Of a DNA stretch of 64,000 nucleotides, positions 27,173 through 37,287 are shown piece by piece. This DNA is from Nitrosopumilus sp. (GTDB lineage Archaea; Thermoproteota; Nitrososphaeria; Nitrososphaerales; Nitrosopumilaceae). The stretch spans positions 1,568,001 to 1,632,000 of the forward strand of contig CBDBLO010000002.1 in assembly GCA_965207075.1 (NCBI GenBank), written 5' to 3'. The notes beneath the pieces are model-generated. The model was not told the origin of the DNA and made no database searches. It saw nothing but the letters and a program-made list of their open reading frames with translations. Positions within the stretch are counted from its first letter, which is position 1. Each line of letters begins with the position of its first letter. The position numbers were made by a program, and so were the translations under genes.

Positions 27173-30100
27173 TTACCGATTGCCGCTGCCGTCAGAATAC
27201 GACGGCAGATGATCCCTTGTCGTCTTGTTTGTGCGCAGCCACTCCAAAGTCTTTACAAAAGAGTCTGCAAGCTCGACTGTAGTCAGGACCGGGACCCCGA
27301 GCTCGAGCGCCTTGCGGCGGATCTGGTACTCGTCCTCCAGCATCCCGACGTATTTTTCCAAGGTCGAGGTGCTCGGTATGTTGAGTATAAAGTCAATCTT
27401 GCGCTCGTACAGCAGGTCCGCGATGTTCGGCTTGCGGTCCGGCTCGGATATCTTGTGGACCGTGCGGACCGGCCCCACCACCTCGGAGATGAACTCTGCG
27501 GTGTGCTCCGTTGCCATGATCTCAAACCCGAGATCCTTTAGCTTTGCGATTGCCGGAATCAGCTTTTCCTTGTTCCTGGCCCCGCCCACCGTCACCAGCG
27601 CGGCCCCGGAATCGGGCAGGTTGTACCCCACGGAGGTGAGCCCCTTTGAGAGGGCGTCGTAAAAGCTGTTCCCAAAGCAGGCGGCCTCGCCTGTCGACTG
27701 CATCTCGACTCCCAGCGCGATATCGGCCCCGTCAAGCTGCATAAAGGAGAACTGCGGCACTTTTATCCCGTACGTGGCGGTGCGGCGCCACTTCTCCTCG
27801 GGTATGGGGCTCAGGGGCTTGCCGAGAATCGCCCGGGCCGCAAGCGCGATGAGGTTTGAGCGCACGAACTTTGAGACAAACGGCATGGACCGTGAGGCCC
27901 TTATGTTCAGCTCTATCACGTACACCTGCCCGTCGCTCACCAGAAACTGCAGGTTGAACGGGCCCCTCACGCCAAAGGTCAGGGCAATCTTCTTGGTGTA
28001 CTCGGTGATGGTATCTATGGTGTTGTTGCTCAGGCGCCAAGGCGGGATGCACATCATGGCGTCCCCCGAGTGCACTCCGGCGCTGTCTATATGCTCCACG
28101 ATCGCCCCTATCACCACGTCCTTGCCGTCGGCCACGCCGTCCACGTCGACCTCCAGCGAGTTGAGCATGAACTTTGATATCACGACCGGGTGGTCGGGCG
28201 AGACGTCGGCAGCCTCCCTGACATACGTGCTGAGCTCGTCCCGGGACCACACCACCTTCATTGCGGCGCCGGACAGCACGTACGAGGGCCTCACTATAAC
28301 CGGGTAGCCGACTGAGGCCGCAAAGGCGCGCGCGTCTGCCATGCTGGCAAACGCCTGCCATTCCGGCTGCCGTATGCGCAGCTTGTCAAGCTCGGCGCTG
28401 AACTTTGAGCGGTCCTCGGCCCTGTCGACGTCGGAGGCGGCAGTTCCCATGATGTGGACGCCGCGGCGCGCCGCGCCCAGCGTAAGGTTGTTTGCAGTCT
28501 GCCCCCCAACGCACGTTATGACCCCCTTTGGCCTCTCAAAGTCTGATATGTCAAGCAGCCTCTCCTGTGTTAGTTCCTCAAAGTAGAGGCGAGAGCAGAT
28601 GTCATAGTCGGTAGAGACCGTCTCGGGGTTGCAGTTAACTACGACTACGTTCTTCTCGCCGTTCTCCTGCAGTCCCCACACCATGTTTACGGTCCCCCAG
28701 TCAAACTCCACGCTGCTTCCTATGCGGTAGGGCCCCGCCCCCACCACCACGATTCCGCGGTCGTCGGGGCCGGACAGGTGTACATCGTCGTGGCCGCCCC
28801 CGTACGTCACGTACAGGTAGTTTGTCACGGCGGGCCATTCGGCCGCTAGCGTGTCTATCTGCTTTACAGACGGAGTGACGCCCATCGACTTGCGCCATTC
28901 TCGGACGGCGTCAGGGGACGTCTGGCGCGCACGCGCTATCTGCGCGTCGGAGAATCCCGCCTTTTTTGCCTCCCACATGAGGCGTGCGGGCACCTCGCTG
29001 CTGCTACTGCCGCCGCTGTTGTCGCCGCCGCTGCCTGCTCCGGTTCTGCCGCCTTTGCCGTCGTTTGAGGCGAGCCTGTCGGCAACCTGCACCACGTGCC
29101 GTATCTTTTCTATGAACCACGGGTCGATCGCAGACAGCTTGTATATCCGCTCGGTGCTTATCCCCATTTTGATTGCGGTCGCCACGTTGTACAGTATGCG
29201 GTCGTCATGGTGCGAGAGGCGCTCCTCTATCTCCTCGACGTCCGGGGCGCGGCCGTCGCCACCCTCATTGTGGCCATATATTGTATAGTCCGCGCGGTTC
29301 AGCATCAGTCCGTCGTTCCCAATGTCAAGCATGCGTATCGCCTTTTGCAGCGACTCCTCAAACGTGCGGCCCACCGCCATCACCTCGCCGACAGACTTCA
29401 TGGTGGGGCCGAGGCGCCTGTTGGCCATCTCAAACTTTGCAAAGTCCCACCGGGGATGCTTGCAGACCACGTAGTCAAGGGACGGCTCAAAGCAGGCCGT
29501 GGTGCTTTTCGTAATGCGGTTGACAAGCTCGGACAGCTTGTACCCGAGCCCTATCTTGGCAGACATGTACGCAAGCGGGTATCCGGTCGCCTTGCTTGCA
29601 AGCGCCGAGGATCTCGAGAGCCGCGGGTTTATCTCAATTGCCACGTACCGGTCAGAGTCCGGCGCCAGCGCGTACTGTATGTTGCACTCGCCCACAATCC
29701 CCACGTACGAGGTGGCCCGCAGGGCGGCCGAGCGCAGCATGTGGTACTCGGCGTTGTCTATGGTCTGGGACGGCGCCACCACGATGTTGTCGCCCGTATG
29801 CGCCTTCATGGACAGGACGTTCTCCATGTTGCACACGATTACGCTGTTCCCCGAATAGTCCTGCATGACCTCGTACTCGATCTGCTTCCACTCGCCCACG
29901 TACTCCTCTATCAGCACCTGCCCCACCAGGCTCGCCTTTATGCCGCGCTCCACAATCTCGTGCAGCTCGATCTCGTTGTACGCGACGCCCCCGCCGCGCC
30001 CGCCAAGCGTGTACGCCACCCTGATTATCACCGGGTACGAGAGCTCCTCTGCCACGGCCTTTGCGTCTGCAAAGTTTGTCACGGTCTTGCTCCTCAGCAC

Positions 30101-30547
30101 GGGCACCCCCGCCCCGCCCATGGCGTCCTTGAAGAGCTGCCTGTCCTCGGTATTCTTGATGCCCGATACCGGAGTGCCGAGCACGCGTACGCCGTATTTG
30201 GCAAGCACGCCGGACTCGTCAAGCTTGACGCCGCAGTTGAGCGCGGTCTGCCCCCCGTACGCGAGCATTATCCCGTCAGGCCGCTCGGCCTCTATTATGG
30301 AGGATACGTAGTCTGGCGTGACGGGCAGCAGGTATACCTTGTCTGCGAACCGCGTGTCAGTCTGGATCGTCGCAATGTTCGGGTTTATCAGCACGCTGTC
30401 CAGTCCGTCCTCGTGTATGGCCTTGAGGCACTGGCTGCCGGAGTAGTCGAAATGGCGGCCGTTTCAGCGGCTTTCGCCGGCCTCTCCGATCTTGATGGCC
30501 CCGCTTCCAAGCACGAGTATCTTCTTGAGCGTCTCATTCTTTGGCAG
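27173..30547 (-). CDS. carB: Carbamoyl-phosphate synthase large subunit, two exons (30547-30473 and 30451-27173)
   Basis: Two ATP-grasp domains plus MGS domain. The N-terminus (L/M)PKNETLKKILVLGSGAIKIGEAGE|FDYSGSQ lies upstream of the listed ORF. CTG start 9 nt behind GGAGGTGA. Confidence 0.93.
30452..30472 (-). other. Putative 21-nt bulge-helix-bulge intron in carB mRNA
   Basis: AGCCGCUGAAACGGCCGCCAU with in-frame UGA. Folds as GGCG-[AA^A]-GCCG-loop-CGGC-CGCC-[AU^U]. Removal restores GEFDY. Confidence 0.8.
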
Positions 30548-31910
30548 TTGCTGTTATCACCTCCTCTGCATCCTGCAAGCGTGATGTTTTTTGGGTGTTG
30601 CTGTCGCTGCTGTCGTGGCTGCCGCTGCTACCGCCGTTATCGTTACCGTTGTCGCTACCATTGCTGCCATCCTGCGCGCGCCCGCCGGCCGCCTCGCCCG
30701 GCCCCCCCTCTATGAGGTCCCTCAAATTCTCAAACACGAACCGGCAGTCGTAGGGACCCGGCGACGCCTCCGGGTGGAACTGCACTGCGATGCACCGGCT
30801 CGACTTGTGTTTAATGCCCTCCACCGTGTCGTCGTCGGCGTTTGAGAACCACAGGTCAAACTCAGAGTCCCGCAGCGAGTCGGGGGATATTCCGTACCCG
30901 TGGTTCTGGCTCGTCACGTACGTCTGCCCGGTCTCAAGGTTGGTGCAGGGTTTGTTCTGGCCCCTGTGTCCGTACTTTAGCTTGTACGTGCGGGCGCTTC
31001 CCGCAAGGCCCAGTATCTGCGCGCCCAGGCATATGCCCAGGGTCGGGACGTCGTCTTTTATCAGGCGCGCGGCAGTCTGTACGGTCTCCTTGCATTTCTC
31101 CGGATCTCCGGGCCCGCTGCTGATGACGACGCCGGCCGGGTCGTACGACATCACGTCCTCGTACGGGGTGTTCCACGGCACCAGTATGGCGCCGTATCCA
31201 AGAGAGCGTACGTTGCGCAGTATCGCATGCTTTGCGCCCGTGTCGATCACTACGATCGGCCTCTTTTTTTCCCCGCCTCCGTCGCCGTTGCCTCCCCCGG
31301 CCGCGCGCTGCGCACCGCACCCGTACGAGCGCGGGGACTTGGTCGACACTGCATCCATGAACTGCTCTGACGTATACCTGGGCGACTCTGCAAGTCTGGC
31401 CCTTATCAGGTCCGCGTCAATCTCAGAATCAGACACTGCAAGGGCCGCCATCATCACGCCGCCCGTCCGGAGCCCCTTTGTAAGGGCCCTCGTGTCCAGA
31501 CCGGATATTCCCGGGATGCCCTGTCCGTGCATCCATTCGTCAAGAGTCATGTGCATGTTCCAATGGCTCGCGACAAGGGAGAGCTCGTGCACTACGAGCC
31601 CGCGGGCCTGTATGCGGTCCGACTCGAAGAATCTCGGTATGCCGTCCGCGTCGAGTGCGGACGGGTCAGGCACCCCGTAGTTCCCCACAAGCGGATAGGT
31701 CAGCGTGAGTATCTGCCCGTTGTACGACGGGTCGGTCAGGGCCTCCGTATACCCGACCATTCCAGTATTGAACACGATCTCCCCAAATACGGTGGTAGAA
31801 CTCCCAAAGCCATCTCCCTCAAGGACGGTTCCGTCATCAAGGATCAGCTTTGCGTGCTTTCCTGCGTGACTAGATTCCTTTATGGTTATTTTTAACCCTC
31901 GTGGAGTCAA
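30534..31910 (-). CDS. carA: Carbamoyl-phosphate synthase small subunit
   Basis: GEIVFNTGMVGY, LTDPSY, SSGPGDP, GICLG, QFHPE. Low-complexity C-terminal tail. Start uncertain. Confidence 0.95.
   Translation of the reverse strand: MTPRGLKITIKESSHAGKHAKLILDDGTVLEGDGFGSSTTVFGEIVFNTGMVGYTEALTDPSYNGQILTLTYPLVGNYGVPDPSALDADGIPRFFESDRIQARGLVVHELSLVASHWNMHMTLDEWMHGQGIPGISGLDTRALTKGLRTGGVMMAALAVSDSEIDADLIRARLAESPRYTSEQFMDAVSTKSPRSYGCGAQRAAGGGNGDGGGEKKRPIVVIDTGAKHAILRNVRSLGYGAILVPWNTPYEDVMSYDPAGVVISSGPGDPEKCKETVQTAARLIKDDVPTLGICLGAQILGLAGSARTYKLKYGHRGQNKPCTNLETGQTYVTSQNHGYGISPDSLRDSEFDLWFSNADDDTVEGIKHKSSRCIAVQFHPEASPGPYDCRFVFENLRDLIEGGPGEAAGGRAQDGSNGSDNGNDNGGSSGSHDSSDSNTQKTSRLQDAEEVITATAKE
30556..30564 (-). 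promoter_or_regulatory. Shine-Dalgarno site for carB (GGAGGTGAT)
   Basis: Complementary to the archaeal 16S 3' end, just upstream of CTG 30547, inside the carA 3' end. Confidence 0.75.
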
Positions 31911-32050
31911 GGCGGTTTAAATTTAAATTTTATGAAACGGATCGCAGTCGCCCTGCGCCAGGGGACGGGCAGCATGCCGCCTGCAGCGTGGCGGATTGGG
32001 GTTCCGTGCAGGCCCGACGCCTGCGGGTGGGGGGCGCCGTCAGTGCGTCA

Positions 32051-33307
32051 TCAGAGCGCCTGGTATTCGGTGCTCCACTGGTGGTACGAGCGGATCATGT
32101 CCGGCGAGACGCTCGGCTTGCGGCGCTCCATTATCTTTCTAAAGTCGGCCATCGTCAGGTCCCTCGGCTGCGGGGGCTCGTCTCCCTCCACGGGCTCCTT
32201 GTAGTCCGGCGACTCGAATATCTCATGGACCGTCATTATCTGCGCGGCCTGGCATATGTCCTTGATGTCGCTTGCGCTGTACCCGTCAAACAGCTTTGCC
32301 AGCCCCGCGCTGTTGAGCCGGTAGTCGGTCTTCAGCTTTGCGGTGTACTGCTCAAACAGGTTTTGCCGCGCGTCCTGGGTGGGAAGCGACACGTATATCC
32401 TCTTCTGGAACCTCCGCAGGAACGGCCAGTCAAGCGTCCACGGCTTGTTGGTGGCGCCTATGACATACAGCATGAGCTCCTTGCCCTTCGTGTTGATGCC
32501 GTCCATCTCGGTGAGAAACTGGTTCCGGGAGCGCGACTCGCCCCCTATCTCGTTCTGCCTCGAGCCGAGCAGGGAGTCCACCTCGTCCAAGAACAGGATC
32601 ACCGGCTTGGACTCCTTCTCCGCGTAGTGGCGCGCCATGTCGAACAGCTTCGAGACGTTCTTTTCGGCCTCGCCAAGCCACTTGCTCATCAGCGAGGAGG
32701 CGTCGGCGCTGATAAAGTAGCCGTCCATCTCGTTTGCGGTGGCCGCGGCCAGCATGGTCTTGCCCGTCCCGGGCGGGCCGTACAGGAGCATGCCCTTTGG
32801 CCATCCAAGCGGAAACAGATCGGGTCGCTTTGTGGGGTACACGATCGACTCGCGCAGCGAGCTCTTTGCCTCTTCTAGCCCCACAACCTGGTCCCATGTC
32901 ACGTCGGGCTTGTCCCGCATTATGAGATCCTCAAAGTCGTTCTCGTCCTCCTGGCGCTGTATCGACTTTTTCTGCTCCTCGGGCGTGGCAGACGGGTCCA
33001 CTGCCGGCTCCACCCCGTGGGCCTGCTGCAGTACGGTTATCCTCTCATGGTACGAGTTGCACTTGTCCTTGTACAGCGGGTTGAGCTTGCTTGAGGGGTA
33101 CAGGTTGATGAGTTTCACCAGCGCGTCTATCGCCTGCTGGTAGTACGTAATCGCCATGCCACGCGCCCCCTGCGAGTCGCACTTTATGGCCTCGTTTGCG
33201 CACATGCTTGCAGTGCGCTCCAGCTGCTGGGGCGCGCTCATGGACGGGTCGTCGGAGGGCCCCATCGGCGGCCGCAGCACCTCGGGATCGCTGGGAGTCT
33301 GGCTCAT
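32051..33307 (-). CDS. cdvC: Vps4-like AAA+ ATPase with MIT domain (CdvC)
   Basis: N-terminal MIT helices, GPPGTGKT, SKWLGEAEK, FLDEVD, RRFQKRIY. Confidence 0.88.
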   Translation of the reverse strand: MSQTPSDPEVLRPPMGPSDDPSMSAPQQLERTASMCANEAIKCDSQGARGMAITYYQQAIDALVKLINLYPSSKLNPLYKDKCNSYHERITVLQQAHGVEPAVDPSATPEEQKKSIQRQEDENDFEDLIMRDKPDVTWDQVVGLEEAKSSLRESIVYPTKRPDLFPLGWPKGMLLYGPPGTGKTMLAAATANEMDGYFISADASSLMSKWLGEAEKNVSKLFDMARHYAEKESKPVILFLDEVDSLLGSRQNEIGGESRSRNQFLTEMDGINTKGKELMLYVIGATNKPWTLDWPFLRRFQKRIYVSLPTQDARQNLFEQYTAKLKTDYRLNSAGLAKLFDGYSASDIKDICQAAQIMTVHEIFESPDYKEPVEGDEPPQPRDLTMADFRKIMERRKPSVSPDMIRSYHQWSTEYQAL

Positions 33308-33553
33308 GTTTGTGTGATGCCCGGTACAATTAGTATAAGGCAATGTGAACTAACGCATACCTAGATGTCAAATTTTTTGCACCATTCATGTACGGACGGC
33401 CCCCGACTTGGGGGGTTTTTGCCACGCGCGTGCGGGAAAAAGGCGTCAACATACGCTCGGAGTCCCGGGGATATGGGGCCGCACTGCGGCCAGAGGGCAG
33501 ATGTAACTACAGGCGTGCAAGTCAACTAGGCGTGCAAGGGCACAGGCTGTCTG

Positions 33554-34312
33554 CTAGTTCGTGATCTCGATGTCGGCAAGGCTCGGCATTGCACTGCATC
33601 CCAGGCTGCCGCACGATGCGGCCTCTTTTGCCGGCTCCTCTTCGGCGGTGGCGGCGGCGGTGGCGGCGGCGGTGGCGGCGGGGCGAACAGCAGTATCGGC
33701 GACTGCCGCTTTGGCGGATCCTGCGGCAGACGCCCCGGTTGCCGCCGGTCCTGCCCCTGCACCGGGGTCCGCCTCAGGTTCGGATCTGATCCCGCCACCT
33801 AGAGAATAGGATCCGTCTCCGCACATGTTCGTGTGCATCTCCCTTATGCGTTCAAGTGACGCCTGCGCCGAGATCAGCATCTCCTGCACGTCGTCCTCTA
33901 TGACGTCGAGAGACTCTGCAGAGTTTCGTATTATGGACACAAGCTGGCCTGTCACGTCCCCAAGGGCCCCTTTCTCGGCATGCTTTGTCGCGATATACTC
34001 TGCAATCCAGACGAGTCTGCCCAGGTCCACCAGCTCGCCATCATCAAGGCGCCGCATGTCGTCGGCGGATATGAAATCGATGCACGGTTCCTCTGTCCCG
34101 GCCGACTGGAGAGCTGCGGCGCAGGCGGCACCGTTGCAATTATTGTCACTGTCATCGCCACAACTGCAGGCGGCGTTCTTTATGGAGGAGCCGGCCGCGT
34201 CGTCTACGGCCGCACGCCGTGTCTTTTCCTGGTCAACCATGGAGGCGGCCGCGGCAAACCCCTGCCTGCTTGTCGCCGGGCGCCGTATCTTGTCTAGCAG
34301 CATCGTCTGCAT
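33554..34312 (-). CDS. Hypothetical protein with coiled core and low-complexity ends
   Basis: Long ORF between the ESCRT-III-like gene and cdvC. Confidence 0.6.
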   Translation of the reverse strand: MQTMLLDKIRRPATSRQGFAAAASMVDQEKTRRAAVDDAAGSSIKNAACSCGDDSDNNCNGAACAAALQSAGTEEPCIDFISADDMRRLDDGELVDLGRLVWIAEYIATKHAEKGALGDVTGQLVSIIRNSAESLDVIEDDVQEMLISAQASLERIREMHTNMCGDGSYSLGGGIRSEPEADPGAGAGPAATGASAAGSAKAAVADTAVRPAATAAATAAATAEEEPAKEAASCGSLGCSAMPSLADIEITN

Positions 34313-34917
34313 GCTCCCGGTATCTCTAGTTTATCATACTGCTTTCTTAATTTAGAGTCGACGATCAATTTTGCTTGATCAAATATTGCCGAGACCTCCG
34401 CGTTGGACCGGTCTAGGCTCAGGTTGGAGCCCGATATAGTGGCCGCGTCCAGAATGACACCGCCCAGGTGGACAGACGCGTCGTGCAGGCTTCTCTGGCA
34501 CGCGGGTGCCGCGTCCCGGGCCAGCTGCATGTGTGCGGTGCGCACCACATACAGCGCAGGCAGCAGCGTGCGTGGCATATGGCGCGCCGTGACAGGCGTC
34601 ACCGTCCTCCGGCGGGCGCGCTCCAGCGCCTCAAGCATGACGGACATCGCGTGCTCCAGTCCCATAGACCTGGCGTGCACCTCGTTGCAGGGGTCGTACC
34701 GGGGGGCCAGCCTCCTGTTGCGTGCGCGCACGTCGCGCACCTGCCCCCTCATGGACGCAATCGCGGAGTCAAGCGCGTCCGTTGCAAGCTCCAGCCTCGT
34801 AAGTATGCCAGACGCGGTGATGGCGGCGTCGACGGCAGCGGTGTTCGGCCAGTGCAGAAATCCCGTGCCATGCCCCGCGCGCCCCTTCACGCCCACCTGC
34901 AAGTCCGATGCCAGCAT
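34294..34917 (-). CDS. Divergent Snf7/ESCRT-III (CdvB-like) protein
   Basis: All-helical. C-terminal IFDQAKLIVDSKLRKQYDKL resembles CdvB IMEEA.....KFPDL. Near cdvC. Confidence 0.5.
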   Translation of the reverse strand: MLASDLQVGVKGRAGHGTGFLHWPNTAAVDAAITASGILTRLELATDALDSAIASMRGQVRDVRARNRRLAPRYDPCNEVHARSMGLEHAMSVMLEALERARRRTVTPVTARHMPRTLLPALYVVRTAHMQLARDAAPACQRSLHDASVHLGGVILDAATISGSNLSLDRSNAEVSAIFDQAKLIVDSKLRKQYDKLEIPGACRRCC

Positions 34918-35070
34918 GCATGCATATTGCGCGGCGCGTATTTGAGCGGGTTGTGCTTCCGCACGGAGTGACCGCGGTCACGCACGGGCGCAGTTACTAG
35001 GAAATTTTTTATCAGTTGTTCAAACGAATTTAACTTTGCAGCTTAGTTATGGGTGCCGCGACACGCATGT

Positions 35071-36273
35071 ATGGAGGGTGAGAGTGCGCTTACAGTCAGC
35101 CTGGAGGAGCTGGGCCTCAGCAGGTACGAGGCGCGTGCGTACGTTGCCCTGATAACGAAGGGGACGATGTCGGCAGGCGACTTGGCGTTCTACTCGGAGA
35201 TTCCGAGGACCAAGATATACTCCACCATGAAAAAGCTTGCAAGCAAGAACCTTGCCATAACCTCCAACACAAAGTCCGCGATGGTGTGCACGGCGGTCCG
35301 GCCGGAGGATGCCTTTGACGACATCATACACGAGCAGATCCAGAAGGTGACCGCAATGAATGCGCTCGTGGCGGACCTCAAGAACATAAGCGAGATGAAC
35401 AGGAGGGCAGGCGACTCGGAGGAGAAGCGCTACATGCAGATAGGGACGGGCAGCGTGCTTCCAAAGCTCCAGGAGATGACGATCAGCGCAGAGTCGTCCA
35501 TCACAATAACTGCCGACGACGGAGGCCTGGGCCTCTTGTCCGGATGCAGGGACCAGCTGCTTGCCGCGCAGAAGAAGGACGTAAGGATCAGGTGCGTCAT
35601 ACCGCACGGCGAGGTATGCTCCGAGCCGCACAGGGCGCTGCCGCACGGCGTGGAGTCCAGGGCCTCGCACGGCGTGTCGGGAAGCTGCATCGTATTTGAC
35701 GGGACGGACGTGATGATCCTCGACGGAACCGACGGGCGCGGGGCGGTATTCGAGTCGGCCCCTACGCTCGGTTCGGCGCACACGGCGATATTTGAGAAGA
35801 TGTGGTCGGAGTCCATGCCCATCGACGCCCTTGCAGACATGGCCCCGGAGGATGCGCGCCAGATATGCCGCATCATAAGCACGACTGGCGCGGGCGGACT
35901 GCAGTACCTGCTAGGGGAGATGGCCGGGGCAGATCCGAGGAACGGCGGTGGCGGCCACGCTGCGAGGCTGTACGGGCTGCTAGAGCGGGATGGGATAGCG
36001 CCAGACTCCAAAAGGCCGCTCGGCGAGGTGCTCGACATGTTCAATGCCATAATGCAGATCGTGTGCTCGGGGAGCGCCTGCATGGATGCGAGGGGCCGAA
36101 ACGTCACGATAGAGTCGCCCCAGAACAGCAGCAGTTCGCTTCCCTGGGTCTCCATGCTCGAGGGGTGCCTGCGCGGGCGCGGATATGCAGTCAGGACGGT
36201 CAGGCAGAACAATGCGCCCCCCAAGCACGGCGACGCGGGCGAAAGGTTCCACATACGCATAGACAAAAACTAA
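35071..36273 (+). CDS. TrmB-family transcriptional regulator
   Basis: LGLSRYEARAY...IPRTKIY winged HTH plus effector domain. Confidence 0.88.
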   Translation: MEGESALTVSLEELGLSRYEARAYVALITKGTMSAGDLAFYSEIPRTKIYSTMKKLASKNLAITSNTKSAMVCTAVRPEDAFDDIIHEQIQKVTAMNALVADLKNISEMNRRAGDSEEKRYMQIGTGSVLPKLQEMTISAESSITITADDGGLGLLSGCRDQLLAAQKKDVRIRCVIPHGEVCSEPHRALPHGVESRASHGVSGSCIVFDGTDVMILDGTDGRGAVFESAPTLGSAHTAIFEKMWSESMPIDALADMAPEDARQICRIISTTGAGGLQYLLGEMAGADPRNGGGGHAARLYGLLERDGIAPDSKRPLGEVLDMFNAIMQIVCSGSACMDARGRNVTIESPQNSSSSLPWVSMLEGCLRGRGYAVRTVRQNNAPPKHGDAGERFHIRIDKN

Positions 36274-36285
36274 AAACAGACCGTC

Positions 36286-36762
36286 ATGCCACGTCGCAGC
36301 ATGATAGAGGAGAGGATGAGCGAGATGGGAATCGTGCTGCCGAGCGTCCCGGCGCCCCCGGCCGGTTCGTACGTCCCGGTTGCAAGATCCGGCAGCCTGC
36401 TTTACGTCTCAGGACAGATCCCGCAGAGGGACGGCAAGATAATGTTTGCAGGAAAGGTGTCAGACTCGAACATTGCAAGGGCCCAAGAGTCGGCGCGCCT
36501 GTGCGCCATAAACATACTGGCGCAGGCAAAGTCGCACCTGAACGATCTCGAAAGGGTCGAGAAAGTAGTGTCGCTGACAGGCTTTGTCAACAGCGTGCCG
36601 GAGTTTACACAGCATCCCAAGGTAATCAACGCGGCATCCGACCTGCTTGTGGAGATATTCGGAAGCGACAGGGGGAGCCACAGCAGGATGGCAGTCGGCG
36701 CCTCGAGCCTCCCGCTTGGCGTCATGACGGAGATAGGGGCCGTAATACGGGCGAAGGGCTAG
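36286..36762 (+). CDS. RidA/YjgF-family protein
   Basis: GSYVP, LYVSGQIP, INAASDL, HSRMAVG..SLP. Confidence 0.9.
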   Translation: MPRRSMIEERMSEMGIVLPSVPAPPAGSYVPVARSGSLLYVSGQIPQRDGKIMFAGKVSDSNIARAQESARLCAINILAQAKSHLNDLERVEKVVSLTGFVNSVPEFTQHPKVINAASDLLVEIFGSDRGSHSRMAVGASSLPLGVMTEIGAVIRAKG

Positions 36763-36861
36763 CCGCGCCCGCGGCTGCCTCAAGGCGAGCGGCCCGACGG
36801 GCTCGGTTTTGGGACTCGCGCAGCCTTGCTTTTTATTGTGCGGCGTGTACACGCAGGCAGC

Positions 36862-37257
36862 ATGGACGTAGCAGCCATGATGGAGCGGCAAAAGTACATC
36901 ACGGTAGAGACCTACAGGAGGGACGGCACGCCGGTGAGGACGCCGGTCTGGTTTCACGTCAGGGACGGGCTGGTGATCGTGGTCACGAGATCCGAGACGG
37001 GCAAGGCAAAGCGGCTCAGGGCCAACAGCAGGGTCAGGATTGCGCCGTGCACCATAAGGGGCAGGGTCAAGGGGCCGTGGGCGTCAGGCGGGGCCGTCAT
37101 ACTGGACGGGGAGCAGACTGACGCGGCGGTAAAGGCGCGGGACAAAAAGTACGGAATGATGGCCCGCCTGGCAAGGTCCCTCACCGGCGGCAAGGGCGAG
37201 CTCTTTGCATTTGCAATAAAGCTTGACGACACACACGACGCTGCAGGGTCGGCATAA
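36862..37257 (+). CDS. PPOX-class F420-dependent oxidoreductase
   Basis: TYRRDGTPVRTPVW, GKAKRLR.N..V.IAPC. Confidence 0.88.
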   Translation: MDVAAMMERQKYITVETYRRDGTPVRTPVWFHVRDGLVIVVTRSETGKAKRLRANSRVRIAPCTIRGRVKGPWASGGAVILDGEQTDAAVKARDKKYGMMARLARSLTGGKGELFAFAIKLDDTHDAAGSA

Positions 37258-37287
37258 CAGTACAGCGGGGACGGCCCGGATGCGGCA

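Noticed and set aside
27173-30394. carB as listed in the ORF track (start MLINPN) or as a pseudogene
   Set aside because: The conserved N-terminus is present upstream with an SD, and the only lesion is a precisely excisable structured 21-mer.
30464-30466. Selenocysteine or readthrough at the carB TGA
   Set aside because: It would leave seven extra residues inside the conserved GEFDY motif. BHB geometry explains the insert better.
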